Assembly (NCBI GenBank): GCA_000934665.2
Contig: KZ538164.1
Coordinates: forward strand, 62,001 to 110,133
DNA length: 48,133 bases
Reading direction: 5' to 3'
Source of the DNA: Catajapyx aquilonaris
Taxonomy: Eukaryota
A program made the translations under genes and the position numbers. How positions within the stretch are numbered: the stretch's first letter is position 1; each line of letters starts with the position of its first letter. A model generated the notes under the pieces. The model had not been told where the DNA came from. It made no database searches and was given only the letters and a program-made list of their open reading frames with translations. Positions 1 to 13,600 of the stretch are shown in pieces.

Positions 1-3000
1 CCGGAGTCTTGCGTTCTACTTTCAGGCAGTTAAGAAATAAAGAGAGGCGGGGGGAAAAACACGCCCCCCCCCCAAAAAAAAAAGAGAGTTTACGATGCAA
101 CGCAGTTTAATTAAGAGAACGCTCACGCCAGATGAAGATCACGTCTTCTGTACCTATCGTTTTTCTTCCTTTCAATGCTGCTCCAGCCTGATGGCGCAAT
201 ACTCTGGGTCCCAATACTCCCCCTTTTTTTTGCGCCCCGTTTCCCAGACGAGAGTATTGCACATGGAGGATATTGCTAATAATGGAGGTGGAAAATACAG
301 CTGGCCCCTCTATAGCTGACGCGGGAGCCAAAAACTCCAAGCGCAATCAAATTGAGGGCATTTTGGGTATAGGGTCAGGGGGGGATGGGGGGAGAGGTGG
401 GGGGGGGGNGGGGGGTTTCCGCCACTCACAACAGCCAATCTGAGAATTTGCAAGCATTAAAGGTTTTTATGCAAATTTCCTAAATAGGGTTTGTATTAAA
501 CAAACACAGGGATAAAGGGTCCGGCACATAGGTCGATCTGGTATAGGGGGGGTTAAATAATGGATATGAAATGAGGGTTTCGTTACCCGCACGTGTAGAA
601 TAGTCAACCCCCTCCCAAAAATTGGTAGTGGTTTTAGGGAGCAAAAGTGATATGGGTCCGGCCAAAATAATGCTTACATTTCGCAGTGGAGAGATAATGG
701 CGACAATTTTCGGCCGTTTGTGTCGTTCTCTGAGAGCTTGATGGTGATAACGCTGAATAAGGAAGGTACAATAGACGGAAACTGGCTGGAATTTTGCACA
801 CAGGCAGAGTGTGGGGAGAGGAGAAGGGGGGAGGGAATGGGAAATTAATATTGTACATGCCTGCAGTCAAGCAGCTTATTAGTCCATTCAACACGGGATT
901 CTTTTTTTTTCTGCAAAAAAATCTGATTTATTATTATTATTGCTGCAAGTGACCGTTTCGCATTGTCCTTCAGTTTCCGGTGGACGGACGACTCCAGGGT
1001 AGAGGGGGGGGGGATGTAATAAAAAAATCCCTTGTTTAACACAGTGTGACGATGAAAAGGCCGGGGAGAATATAATTAATGCGAGGACATTGAGTAAGGC
1101 ATAAAAATGCTGGTATCATTTGCAGTCAAATTTTTTCTCTCCAACTAGAACAATGAGCCGTAATTACGCCGGGGCCTTAGTGCTTTCACGTGGTGCCTAA
1201 ATTGTAACAAATTGCGTCCCAGGGAGGAAAATGTACACGGCCCTGCATTTGCAGGAATGTGCGTTGACAAATTAAGGGGTCGATTTCATTAAAGTCTGCG
1301 CAATTTTATAAGTATTAATGTGGTCAGATTTCCTTCCATTAAAGTTGTTACATTGCATGATGTATCATTGCAGTTAAATGTCCACTTCCAAATTAACGTG
1401 TGTGTCGAATTTGGTGGAATCAACAAACCAGAAAATTTCAAGATATCTCAAAAAAGTTTGCTGCAAACCATGTGCCATCTCTATCCGCATACGCTTTAAA
1501 AGTTCATACCTTTAAAAAAAAAGCAGCTTCCCCATTTCTCTAACCTTTCGATTAATTGATTTTTGGGGCAAATTTCCAAGAGCTTTTCTCTGCACTCACC
1601 TCAGCTTCTTTTCATAAATCCTCCCCCCACTCCCTTCCTCCTCCTCTCCCTTATACCCTCTTTCTTCTCGTCTTGAATCAGCATCAGGTGTAGTGCCTGG
1701 CTGGCACCGTACTCCTGCATTGTCTTTCAAGTAACCCCTTCATTGCCTTTTCTACGACCTCAGTCTTGTGGTGTGCTTGGATTTTATATTCGAAGAAACC
1801 TTGGAGAGATAAGAAGGAAGAGGGAAGGGGGGGGGGGACGAACTATGTGAAGAGAGAGGAGGAATCGAAGGAAAGTGGAGCGATGGGAAAACAGCAAGTG
1901 CGAAACGGAATCGCGAGTCATGCACGGAGCTTTTTCTGCGAATTGGGCGGAGTTATTTGCGTCAAACCCAGAGGTCTCCCTGACCATTACTTTGCAATCA
2001 ATTTTAGTGCGTCTTAATTAATGCTCCGAGTTATTCCACATTCCTGCTGTTTATGATGTTTAGCGCAGAACGTTTTTCATGAAGTTATCTCCCCACTTTT
2101 TTTTGTGTGTGTGCGGCCAAGCTCACATTTTGTGGTTGTGGGTCACTTCCAGCCTAATTTGCGTCACAGTGTGCACCACATTAATTTAAAAATCAGCCAA
2201 ACACGGTGTTCTCTCCCGCAGCCCCCCCGGTTGGCCTACTTAACTCAAGCGGCTTTAGCCCTGGGGGTGGGATACCCAAGGCTTGCACTAACTGGCCAGT
2301 ATCAGTACACCAGCTCAATACCTCAACAAGCATTAAATATCCTGCCGCGTTGTGGCCACTGTAATGTGTCTGGTTACAAAAGCATTCAAAATTGGGAGGA
2401 AAACAATTGTTTTTAAAAAGCTCCAATACCAAAAAAATTTATTCCTAATTTTTTTTGTTGCTTTCAGTGCATTGTGACAAAAACGCCGCGGGTATTAGCG
2501 ACCTCGGGTGTGATTCGCAGTCCTGTCGAGCGTGGTGTTTGAGCAACGTCCAGGTGTAAACTGATCCTTGCCGCTCTCGGCTGTTTACACACCTCTCTGC
2601 CCCCCAACATCCCACACACCCTACCACACCTTAAAACCTTCCCAACATACATAGAGGATGCATATATATCACCAGCAGGTGCTGTAAGACCTTTCTCTCT
2701 TTTTCCCCTGCTGATGCCCACCAGGCTTTTTGGGTTTTAGAACCTGAAGTGGGCATAGGGTCGACCCAAAGTGAAGGTTTCCTGAGCCCCCCCGATAACT
2801 CTGCTCGTCTCGGGATTGGCTCCATCATGGAGCTTGGCAAGGGTTTTTGGGTTTCGGAACTGGGAGGGGGGTTTGTGGCACCACCACCAGAAGCAGGAGG
2901 AGTTGTAGTAGTAGAGTGGAAAAGGAGGGTGAAAATGAGGTGATGAAATTGAAGGGGAAGAGGAGATAGGTGCACTGGGAGCACTTTAGTTTTATGGAGA

Positions 3001-4610
3001 CGCTAATTTTGACTTCCGAAAAGGGTGGGGGATGGAGAGAGCTGGGGAGGAGAGGAAGGGAGGGGGGGCAGACCGCAAAAATGCGGATTCTGCTCACAAA
3101 CTTTGAGGAATGATCGTTTGTACTCACACTTTATGGCCTGGAGGGATTTCTTTCGGCGGAATCACAACTGGGTTACCGGCCAGGCTTTTCCGGGTTGTGA
3201 TAGCTCTAATAAAAATATTAACGTTGGCTCTCGAATATTTGCGGCCCTACTGACAGGCGAGGCTCGTTTGCGTGGATGTTGCAGACAACAGGGTGGACCA
3301 AAATAGGCTCACAGCTGCTGACAAAATGCAAAAAAAAGGAACATCCAATTTCTGATAGACCAAACCACCTGTGTATATAGTAAGAAGAGTAAGCACCTCC
3401 TGGAGCAACTCAAAATAATTTAGAGAGCAATTCAATTTGATCCTACGTCCTATGTAATGCGTCTTCTGAGGGCTCTGGGATTTACGGGCCAGGTTTTACG
3501 CCCGTCTTTACTCCGGATAGTGCAGATTAGTCCCCCTGGAGGATTAAAATTTCTTACCTGCCTCACTCAAGGAAGCATTGTCAACTTTCCCTTCCCCGTA
3601 CCTCAGAAACTCGGTCATTTTATTTGCACATTACGCTAATGGGAAGAGGCTTGGGAGGTAAATAAGTGGATGGAAGGCCGTGAATATTTATTACACTGCA
3701 TAAAATCTGCGCTCTCTGTGATCTGCAGTACAGTACACCGCGGAATAAAGTTCCGTTGCGGAAAGGGAGCACCCTCCGAAAAAAAAACGCTTCGTCTTGT
3801 AGCAAAGATAAGAAGAGATGAGTGAGGAACCGAGCAACAAAAAAAAAAGCAGAGAGGAAAAGTTGGCAAACTTCGCAAACAGAATTCCTCATCTGGAGAG
3901 AAAAGAGGGCGCAAGAATGGAACCTGGTTAAAAGCCAGTAATATGCTCATTTTTTTTACAAAGACGGCGCACTCGGTTTATTGAGAGGAAACAATTACAT
4001 CCGGTACAGTCTGTATATACACACGACAATAGTTCAATCTGTCGTTTTGTCGAAACTTAATACTGCGGTTCCTTTCCTCCTCCTAAAACCAACTGGGTAT
4101 AAAAAAACACAGGAAAATATATTGCCCGCAATACAGTTTCACGATGACGTCGTAACAATGTCAGCTATAACTCTGACATATTGGGCTGCCAGCTGAGAAG
4201 CACATTACGTGCAATATTTGAGGTGTGTCCAGCAGATAATGCGTGATACATTAACTAATATTGCACAGAACTTGTTAGTAGCCAATGTTTAATTTAAAAA
4301 GGTTGAACCCTGCTGCTGATGCTGTTGCGCCATATTCAAACATATAATCTTTGAATCGTGTCGTTTCCGGTTTTCCATTCGACTGGACTATAGTGAGGTC
4401 TTTTTTTGAACAAACAGTGCTGACACAAAAGGCCCCGTAATTATCCCGGATCCGTATTGGACTTCTCCGTTTTCCTGCGAATGGTGGTCACATAGCAAAG
4501 CGTCATCTGGTATTGAAAATCAACGGTCTGGGAAGGAAAGGGCTTAAGTTGTTTTGATCAAAATGTGGCTAAGGGAAGCAAGTCTGGCAAATAAACGACC
4601 CTGATCTGCA

Positions 4611-4651
4611 CAGGGTGGCTCGTAATGATTAGGCTTATGAAACACCCTGTA
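4611..4651. mobile_element. Tiny inverted-repeat element resembling a Tc1/mariner-type MITE remnant
   Basis: CAGGGTGGCTCGTAA (4611-4625) and TTATGAAACACCCTG (4635-4649) are inverted with 12/15 identity and a 9-bp spacer, followed by TA. A related end TA-CAGGGTGATTCGTAA lies at 46398-46414. Confidence 0.35.
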
Positions 4652-7600
4652 TGTAGCGTGGAATTTCGCAATGACAAAGAAATAAAAAAGTGGGGCAGAA
4701 ATTCGGGCATTTCCCAGTTTTTGTACCTCTCCCTCGAGTCCCAAACGTGTGATTTGTGGCGGGTCCGTGGCAGGGAGAAGAATTTCATAAAGGCTTCCGG
4801 CGAGTGATGAATGACATGCTGACCCTTCAAGATGGGGAGGGATCCAGCAGGAGAGAAATTGGCGAATCTGCGAGCGAAACTATGCTCCCGGAATATTATA
4901 TAGCGCTTCCATCTGCACCAGCAGATGGTTTTGGTTCGAACTAAAAAGGCGGCTCTCCTCTTGCCCTTTTCCCTCAGCACCAGTTACGGCGGCAGACACC
5001 GGAAAAGTTGGGGAATCGGTCTGTGGTTCCCGGATACGTCAGGTTCGGAAATTTCGCCCGAATTACGAGGAGAATTGCGCCGGTGCGATTTTTTTTTTTA
5101 AATTCCGGAGTTTGGAAAAACTGGTTCACAAGTTCGTTGGCCTCTCTTTTCTTCTTCTTTTTTTACTTTTGAAGTCTAGCTGATGGGAGGCGTGCTGTGG
5201 GCGGGGGGGGGTAATTAATCGGCACGAAAAACACTCCGGCTTGTCATTTGTCAAAATCCAGGCGCCAGCTCTCGCCTATTTCTTCACCATCATAATTATT
5301 GGCAAATCAATTGTAATTATCCGGAGACGGAATATGCAGATAGTCAGCGACTTACATATCTTTCCTATAAGAATGCACTCTTTTTCTTACAACACTTAAA
5401 AAGGTACATACCCATAATTGAAGCAGTCAGTTAGGTATAATTGCGATTATTGTTGCAAACTTTGCTTCGTTTACTTTACATCTCCTTCACCTGTTATACC
5501 CTTTTGCTTCAGTTGGATTTACATTGCCGCACAAATGCTAGGAATTATTCGCATTTAAAAAAAAATATGGGCGGTTGGAAACGATTCCTGTGCCTGAGGA
5601 GTCAAAGTTAATTTAGCAGTGTCAATATTTATCTATGAAAGAACATTTTTGGTCTGACGAAACATCCCCGGCTAATAAAAACATCCAATTCCGCTAGTTT
5701 GGGCAAACACCGAGCGACGGTTATTGTTTCATGTTTTTGATTGTGTTACTCTGCGGACGGAATTATTATTCCCCATGTTACGTTTCAACAATTAAGTTTC
5801 TGCAGCATAAGCTGTACGGTGTAATGAAGGAATTTATATCGCAATTAATATATGTCAAGGAGAGTGTTTGAAGCCCATTATCACTGCCATGAGGCTGCTG
5901 AGACCACATACTTTTATGATCTTAAGATGATCCTTTCTGTGAATCAATAAGAAGCACCCTATATTATGTACAGGGTGACGTGCGGGGATGAGGCAAAAGA
6001 TGGATCCTCATTAATCTTCCAAAGAGGCTCAAACGTAGCTGACACCGAAGCGCAGAAGCATGAAATTAACCCCCAAAAATTACCCACTAGCTCGTTTATG
6101 CTAACACTAAGTGTTCGGCTGTGCGTTCACACTAATGCAACTCAAAGACTTTAATGATCATTACCCAGTTTCCTTGGGCACTAACAAAACATGAGGATAT
6201 ATACCTGTGGCACGACCCTTCTCCTATTGGATGTGATTCCTTGCTCGGCACGTGGCTTCAACAAACATTAACCTTTGCACGGAGAGGAAAAGAAGAGCTT
6301 TCAAAAAAAACAAAGCTTCTCTCTCACTCTCTTTTTATCAAATCCACGCGACCACTAAAAAAAATCGATGCCATGAGCAGAGGCAGCAGTCGTTGCTGCT
6401 TGATGTGCAATTTAGTCTCCCGGCATTATTAGGCTCTTTTTTCTAGTTTTAATGACACTGTGAATCCATATCCCTCTGAAACATTAATGGTCTGCTTTCA
6501 TCCGAGGTTACAATGTGCGTACGCTGGAGACACTTTTGGATGTAACTGACTGTCGTATAGATCGCACGTACTGTGGCATTTGCCAGGTACGTTGGGCTGT
6601 TTTTGCGTCGGGATACTTCAAAAATGGTTTTGGACAAAAATGGATTACACTTGTAAGTAAAAGACACATACAGTACGGTATGTATGCTCATTAAAAGTAC
6701 GCTATGCATGCTACATAATTATGCTCCACTAAGTATGTACATGTACATGTTCACTTTGCTTCATACTGGGAGCCATACTGTACAGTACTACAGCACTGCT
6801 TCGTAGCCTAATAAATTGTGCATGTATTATTCATAAGACGAAAGTTATGAGTGTACAATGTACAGGTGTTATTAATTAACCTCCGGGTGATGGGAGAACA
6901 TTCTGAGCTGAAGCTAAAGTAGGCGTTAATATCCGTAACTACCGAGTTAATTTTGCGTTTCCCTTGAAATGAGTACTTTCCTATACTTAAAATATTAGTT
7001 AAGGCGATTTTCCTGGCAGTTATAAATTAAGTCTTGCAATACATCGTAATTAATATATACAAATTATTACAGACCTCTATGATGATGGCGCAGGTCTAAT
7101 TAACATACAACCATTATAATATTACACTATTATTATCAGCTTCCATTTGCTAGAAACGTCCCAAAGGCTATGCATATTCATTGGTAATGTTTTAATTTTG
7201 CAGTGCTTATCATGCAATTGCGCATCTTTGGAGTTACTGCACGAATATTTGGCTTTTTTTATAAAAAAAGGCTGGTTTTGCACCGTTTATCCTGACAGAT
7301 TGTCCTTAATAATTGTACAGTATAGCTCTGTATATGACATTGAACAAAATCTCGAAAATATGAGAACTGTAACAGGTTTTATCGGAGACAGGTGTACTCT
7401 TCCACCAAATTAACCCAAATTTTTATAGTTTTCCCATTTGCAGACTGGAGAAAAAAAGTATTGTCATTTTTTTGAAATGCACAGACCGCATTTAATTTGA
7501 ATTTTTTTGCTTCTGAAATTAATTAAGGCAGCTGTAATTACGTTAATTATTAATACAAGCTATACACTGCTTTGCTTCATCCAGTAATTTTTTTTGGACA

Positions 7601-10600
7601 AACCCGTTTGCTGCTTGTTGGCCATCATCACATTCAACGTAGAAAGCTTGCAGTCGAATTCAGTCATAGAATCACACAGCTATACGTTAATTATATTAAC
7701 AGCACTGTGATATGAACATGTAATTCAGCCCAAATTTGCAAATGGCATTTAGAGTAAACAATTTCTGTGTCCCGCAAATCAGCTGCATACATAACATATA
7801 ACGAATTGCACTTCCGCACATATTAATTATTAGCCAATTTATATTTTGTAGAAATTTGCGTTTTATTCCTTGTGCTCTAAAAATGACAGAGTTTTTGCAC
7901 ACCAGCTCGACACCCCGCCATTTTGTTCGGAGTGCAAAAAGCATCCCACCCCCCACATCAAAAAATCCCCCCCCCCCCAACCCGGATTATTGGAGAGAGA
8001 GAGCCCGGTATTTGGGAGAGTGTTGTGCGCGTTGCAGCTCGACCCAACCCAGCTAAAGTAGAAGAGTGTATTTTTGAGCCTGGACAAGAGCATTTGTCGG
8101 TGGGAGTCGGGATGGAACGATCGGTGCAAGTGCAGCAGCACATAATATAGGTGCATGTGCATGTATGAAGTGGGTGGCCTCCCACCCAGCACCCAACCCT
8201 GTTCATGACGTGGTTTGGACACGTGGCGTCAAGCCCCCGGGTGCTTGTTGAAGGCCAGGCGAAAATTAGGGGGGGTTTCCTGTCAGACTTGCATGGTCCC
8301 CCCCTAGGCTTTACAAAGGTTTCACTTCCGATGCAGTTTATTTATTTTTTAAATGCAATGCTGGAAGCCCACCCGCGGTGCATCTATTATGATGTGTACA
8401 AACATGTTTTTGTGCTCAGCTCTCACCCAAAAACCACGTCTTCATTGTTAGCCAATGTTAACCTGTGGCCATGCTGCAATGTTTGAAAAACAGAAAACCC
8501 AGAGTGGGCCCAAAGTTGCAACTCACTAATTTATTGGTGGTACACTCCTGGTAATATAATTTAATAGCATTTCAAACTAGACTGTAATTATCGGCGCAGT
8601 GAAACTCGGTTAATTGCAGTCCAACTGAACACCCGGAAATGTTCTAATTCAACAAGCATAGTTGATTGGTGCTTACAGTACTTCACCATTTACAGCATCG
8701 CCACGTGCGAGCTTGTTATGCTACGGGGAACAAAAAGTTATGGTCTTATGTACAAAACAAAAATTATTATTTTAAATTTTCTCCCCTTAGCGTTCACCTT
8801 GACCGTTATAGGTGACAAACTTGTCATCGACATAGCTGCACTTTCGGTAACTGATATTCATGTCTCGCAATCGTCCAGACTTTGCTGACCACTTATTGTG
8901 CGAAGCAGCTTCCTGTGATTGCATTGTGGCAGCCGGACACCGATACCAAGTGCAATTTCCTACTTAAGTTGCCAGTCCCGCTTTATCTCCAGTCCCCGCT
9001 TTCGAAACATGGCCGCTGACATGGAAATGCACGGCCTCAATTACTTTCCAACGCATCAAATTCACCTGAAACATACCCGTAAATATATACACAAAAGTGT
9101 AATCCAGCAGTGGTGCATTTTGCAATCTGCAATATTGATACGAACTGAGCGAAATGTCGCCGTGTCTGAGCCAATCCTCTCACTGGACTGCTTTGACGCA
9201 TTAAATACAGCATCAAAGCATAATTAATTATTGCCGGATAAATTAAGCGTGTTTCTGGGGGATGGCAACACCCACCGATGCGCAACCGGACCCATACTGA
9301 GTCCCCTCTGGGGAGATAACACATATTTCAAACCCAGGTTAGGTTGTTTTTTTTTGCAAAAAAATCCGGAAAACATAAAAAAAAATCTGGTCACACGCAC
9401 AAAGTGTTGGCTCGTTGAAAATTGCATCCGGACCATAGTCTACTTGGCGACTATTGTGCCGGGGCTACTTGTACGTCAAAAAGATGGTGCCTGCTATACA
9501 CGGCTAAAGAGAAGTTTGGCTGGGAGTTTGCCAGAAAAGAGCTGGGTCCTGACGGCGCCAACACTTTCAGAAAAAAAAATATGGAGAAAAAAAGAAGGCT
9601 ATAGTAGAGAGGGTCAGGGTAGAAGTTTTACTGCGGCCATTTTTTTCCTCCATTGTCTAAAACTATCCTGACCGGTTGATTTTTCTTGCATGCTACTCAT
9701 TTTGTGATTGAATTGTAATGGTTATGCAGGCAAACCTCGGGGCGTGACACAAGTAGGTCGGAGCTATCTGTGAGATTTTCTATTCAGAATTATCTTGATG
9801 CCTTTGAGCGTTCTTCTGCAATATTCAGGGCCTTGCGGAATGGCATGAGAGTAGGTAATTATAAAGAGATTCGGAGCAGCCAACTTTGTAATTCCACCAG
9901 ATATGAGGCTCCCCAGATCCTGATTTCTTTTATTTTAGATAATTGGGTCGATAATATTTTCTGCTGGGAGGCGCGGCTGCCAAAGAGTGAACACAAGAAT
10001 CGTGTAACAGTCTCCACATATCGCTGGAAGGTTGACTGCACCCGCGTTATAAAACAAATGTTATTGATCATCCCTGTGGGTACACACACGCTGGTTGCGA
10101 GAAAAAGAGAGTAGGAAAAATTAATTAGCGCCACAAATAATTTAGCAGGCAAACAGGGCGACCGACCTTTCTAAAAAAAATCTATTTTAATTTCGGGTTA
10201 TGAAAACTCAGGGGGGGGGGGGGTGAAATATTCCATAACACCTTCTTTTTCACCATGTGGTCTATACATTTTTATCTGCCTTCGGGGGTCACAAAAAGGG
10301 AAGGGTTGCGGTGGCAGATTTTTTGTTGTTGCTGCTGCCTATTTTTGGCAAAAAAAGAATAGACTCCGGCCCGTACACCATGACGAAAAGCCTCAGAAGG
10401 TTAACCGCAACAAAAGGCCCGTTTAATTTTCTTATCACATTTCCATCAAACCCACCCGCTTTCTTAATCCATTATCCTCAACATAATGAAACCTCCCCAT
10501 TTCTTCCGAGAGTAACCAACACTATAAAGAAACGCAAACTTTGTTACATAATCATTATAGTCAATTTGAATTTTACGTTGACCACACACAAATCTGTGGA

Positions 10601-13600
10601 CTGATGATGTAAAACATTTGTTTCGATTTTAAAATTTTCTGATGACACCCACATTGCATCGATTCCGGATCAGAGGCGTGGAAATTGAATGAGTAGTGAC
10701 CCTTGTACAGGTTGCAGTTGCGGTTTACGTAATATTGGCGAAATTAGTGCGGAGATGTGTCGCGGGGATTTACGCGTCGTGCTTGTACAGGATGGAATTA
10801 CTCACGCCTAGATGGACTAAATGACTGAAAAAAATTATGGCCATTTACACCCCCCCAAAAAAGGTCTATACGCAACGGATCTGCACGTGAAAAAAGCATT
10901 GATCACATACTGGGTGTATTATATACGCAATTGCGACGACCGGTTGCATTTGAGTCCCTGCATGCAACATGTGAAGTGTCGGCATGCATACGGTTTTTTT
11001 CCTGCTGATTTCAGTGCAGATATGGTAGTGCCATTTTTTATTTTCCTCCCACAAAATGCCAGTCTGCACACAGTATTAGAAATTGCGGCAATTACGCGAA
11101 CATTGGCGCAACACGTCAGCCATTGGCCCCCATTTTCTGGCTAAGTGAGCATTGAAATGTGCCTGTAACGACGCGAAGCTTTGCACGGGAAAGTCAAGGC
11201 TTCTCTCCTGGAATTACGGTATCGCCAGCACCCATGAACCCTGCAATTTGCACAGTTGTTTCGACCAAATTTCGCACACAATTACGACCCGACAACTGCG
11301 TTCAATTTGCATTTACGGAGGTTCGCAATGAGATGACGATGTCTTGCCAAGGACAATCCTGCCAATTAATCATAATTATATAAGCCAGTAAACTTGGTAA
11401 TCTGCACTCTTGGAACATATACTGGAGCTATAAGATGTATATTGTGCGAAACTTTTATCCTTGGCAGCAGCTGTATCCACAAAATGTGCTTTCAAAGAGA
11501 CAATCCTGTTACTATAATGCTATATCAATTGCTGCTGCCTTTATCTGCAAGTGCATTTGCGTCATAGATATAAGGGCTGGAGGATATATATTTGTTCCTG
11601 GCTTTATTGTGCAGGTATACCTTATATTTATTGCGATCGGAGAATATTATAGCTGTGTTCCTTTGAATACACAATACTGTACGTTATGTGTATGGACCTT
11701 TCATGCAATCGGATGTGGACTAGAAAAATATTGCAACAGTTCTATTGCGTACCACAAAACTGTCGGAAAACAAAGCTTCATGTGCGTGCAATTTTGAAAG
11801 CGTGCCCTTTGTCGCTATATGATGACTCTGTTTTAAAATTTTAGGGCTGTTGTTTTATGCTTCCACTACTGATTTGGTGGGGTTGTTGCAGTTGTTATGA
11901 AATATACCACAATGTCAATATTGTGAGCGACTGTGCTGTTAATTATTGTCAGTGTTGAGACTGTCAATGATGCGAGTATTTTTATTGTAATTTACATTGC
12001 AGGGAACGAGGCGTCCGGCTGCCAGCATTTTTCGTTGTTATGCGGTATGCCTGCTATATGCACCATAATTACCAACGCACATGGGCCTACTGCATAGGTG
12101 TAATTATAACGATTCTAATTACGTCGGACAGTTATGATGTAGACTGAGCGAGCAAAATATGTCATCTCCACACTTCCCCTCAGGCGAAATACCCACAACC
12201 TAACATTTCTCTCCTTCAGTACTTGTCCATTTTCGACAAACAACAAACCAAGCCTCAACGCGCTAAAACTGTCACGAAAACAAAAAAAACGCTATGCAAA
12301 CCGCGTTAAAAAATTTCCCCCTAAAAACAATGACAGCCTGATGTTTTCTGGGCTTTGCCCTGTTGTTCCGGATTACTGGCATATTTATGCGCATTTTTCT
12401 GCTAAACACAATTAGGCCAGGAGCAATACACGACTACCGCCTTACCTTTTATCCGAGCGGAAGGTAACATAATTAGAAAGTTGTTTTTTTTTTTAAACTC
12501 GCGGGCCCACAAAGCGTAATATGTAAACGTGGAAACACTCTCGCCTTCATGGGTAAATAATCTCTTTTAGTGCGTATAATAATGCGGATGGCAGAAAAGT
12601 GCTCCCCAGATGACGACCACTGTAACACCGCTTTTAAGTATTCACTCGATGTAAGTAATTAGGTCTAGGAGAGGGCGCACTGTAGACCTCCGCCAGGAGT
12701 CATTTATGGGGAGAATGTAAACGTGCTTTTGCAGTAACAAAGCTGTTTCCAAAGATTTTTTTTTTTTCGGAGAGTTTTAAGGTCCCCCCCCCCCTTTTCC
12801 CATACCAAAACTCCTCTTGGTTGCAGTCAAATTATAGCGCTGTCCCACCGAGGCCACTAATGTTCCTCAGATTTATGGAACCAAGTTATGATTAACCACA
12901 TGTAATAGATGCCTCCTTGCAGCAGCGGTGCCGCACCGAAAATGGAGGAGGGTAATGAGATGGCAAACTCATTGTGTGTCTGGCAAACCCCATTTTCACC
13001 TGGCAAAAGTTGTCCAATTCAGGTGGGGGTCTTAATTGATTGCTTCAGCCTCGAAGATGGTGGAAACAGTTTGCGAAGGAAGCAGTTTTTTTATCAAGCT
13101 GAAGCGGTTGGATGAAAAAAAAAGGTTGACGCAATGACGCCTAGACAACACCCGCTTGTTGCGTGAAGGCAAGGGCTGTAATCCCTATATATGTCCCGCA
13201 GGGTGTTGTCATAAAGTCGGGCCATTTCGAGAGAGTGGGGTGGGTGGGAGGCAGAAAAGATTGCTCCAGGGCCTACCCCCTTATTTTGGCTGCCATCCAG
13301 GCTTTTCCATGGAAAAAGGGCCGCCATGGCAGCACCGCCGGCGAAGAAAAACATGACATGATTATGTACACTACCTTGACCTCCTTGTCAATTAGCTGAT
13401 CTTTTCCCTCAATTCATAACTCCGTCCTTGCTCCCAAAAAAAGCGCGCAGGATTTTAGCTTAAAATAATTACTGGTATTTTCAACTCGGTAGTGCACTGG
13501 AATCAGTTGAACCGAAATGCCTCTTCAGTCCAGCATTGAACACTGACCACACGCTCTGTTTTGGGTCGCGGGGCACGAGACAGCGAAAAGAGAAATCAAT

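Noticed and set aside
365..415. Poly-G tract with N (and a similar one at 41413-41445) as special structures
   Set aside because: G homopolymers are common throughout the window and their lengths are unreliable next to assembly Ns.
845..1042. Minus-strand peptide GFFYYIPPP, vaguely like TM5 GSFYIP
   Set aside because: It derives from poly-T/poly-C runs, and the flanking residues do not resemble TM5 or ICL3.
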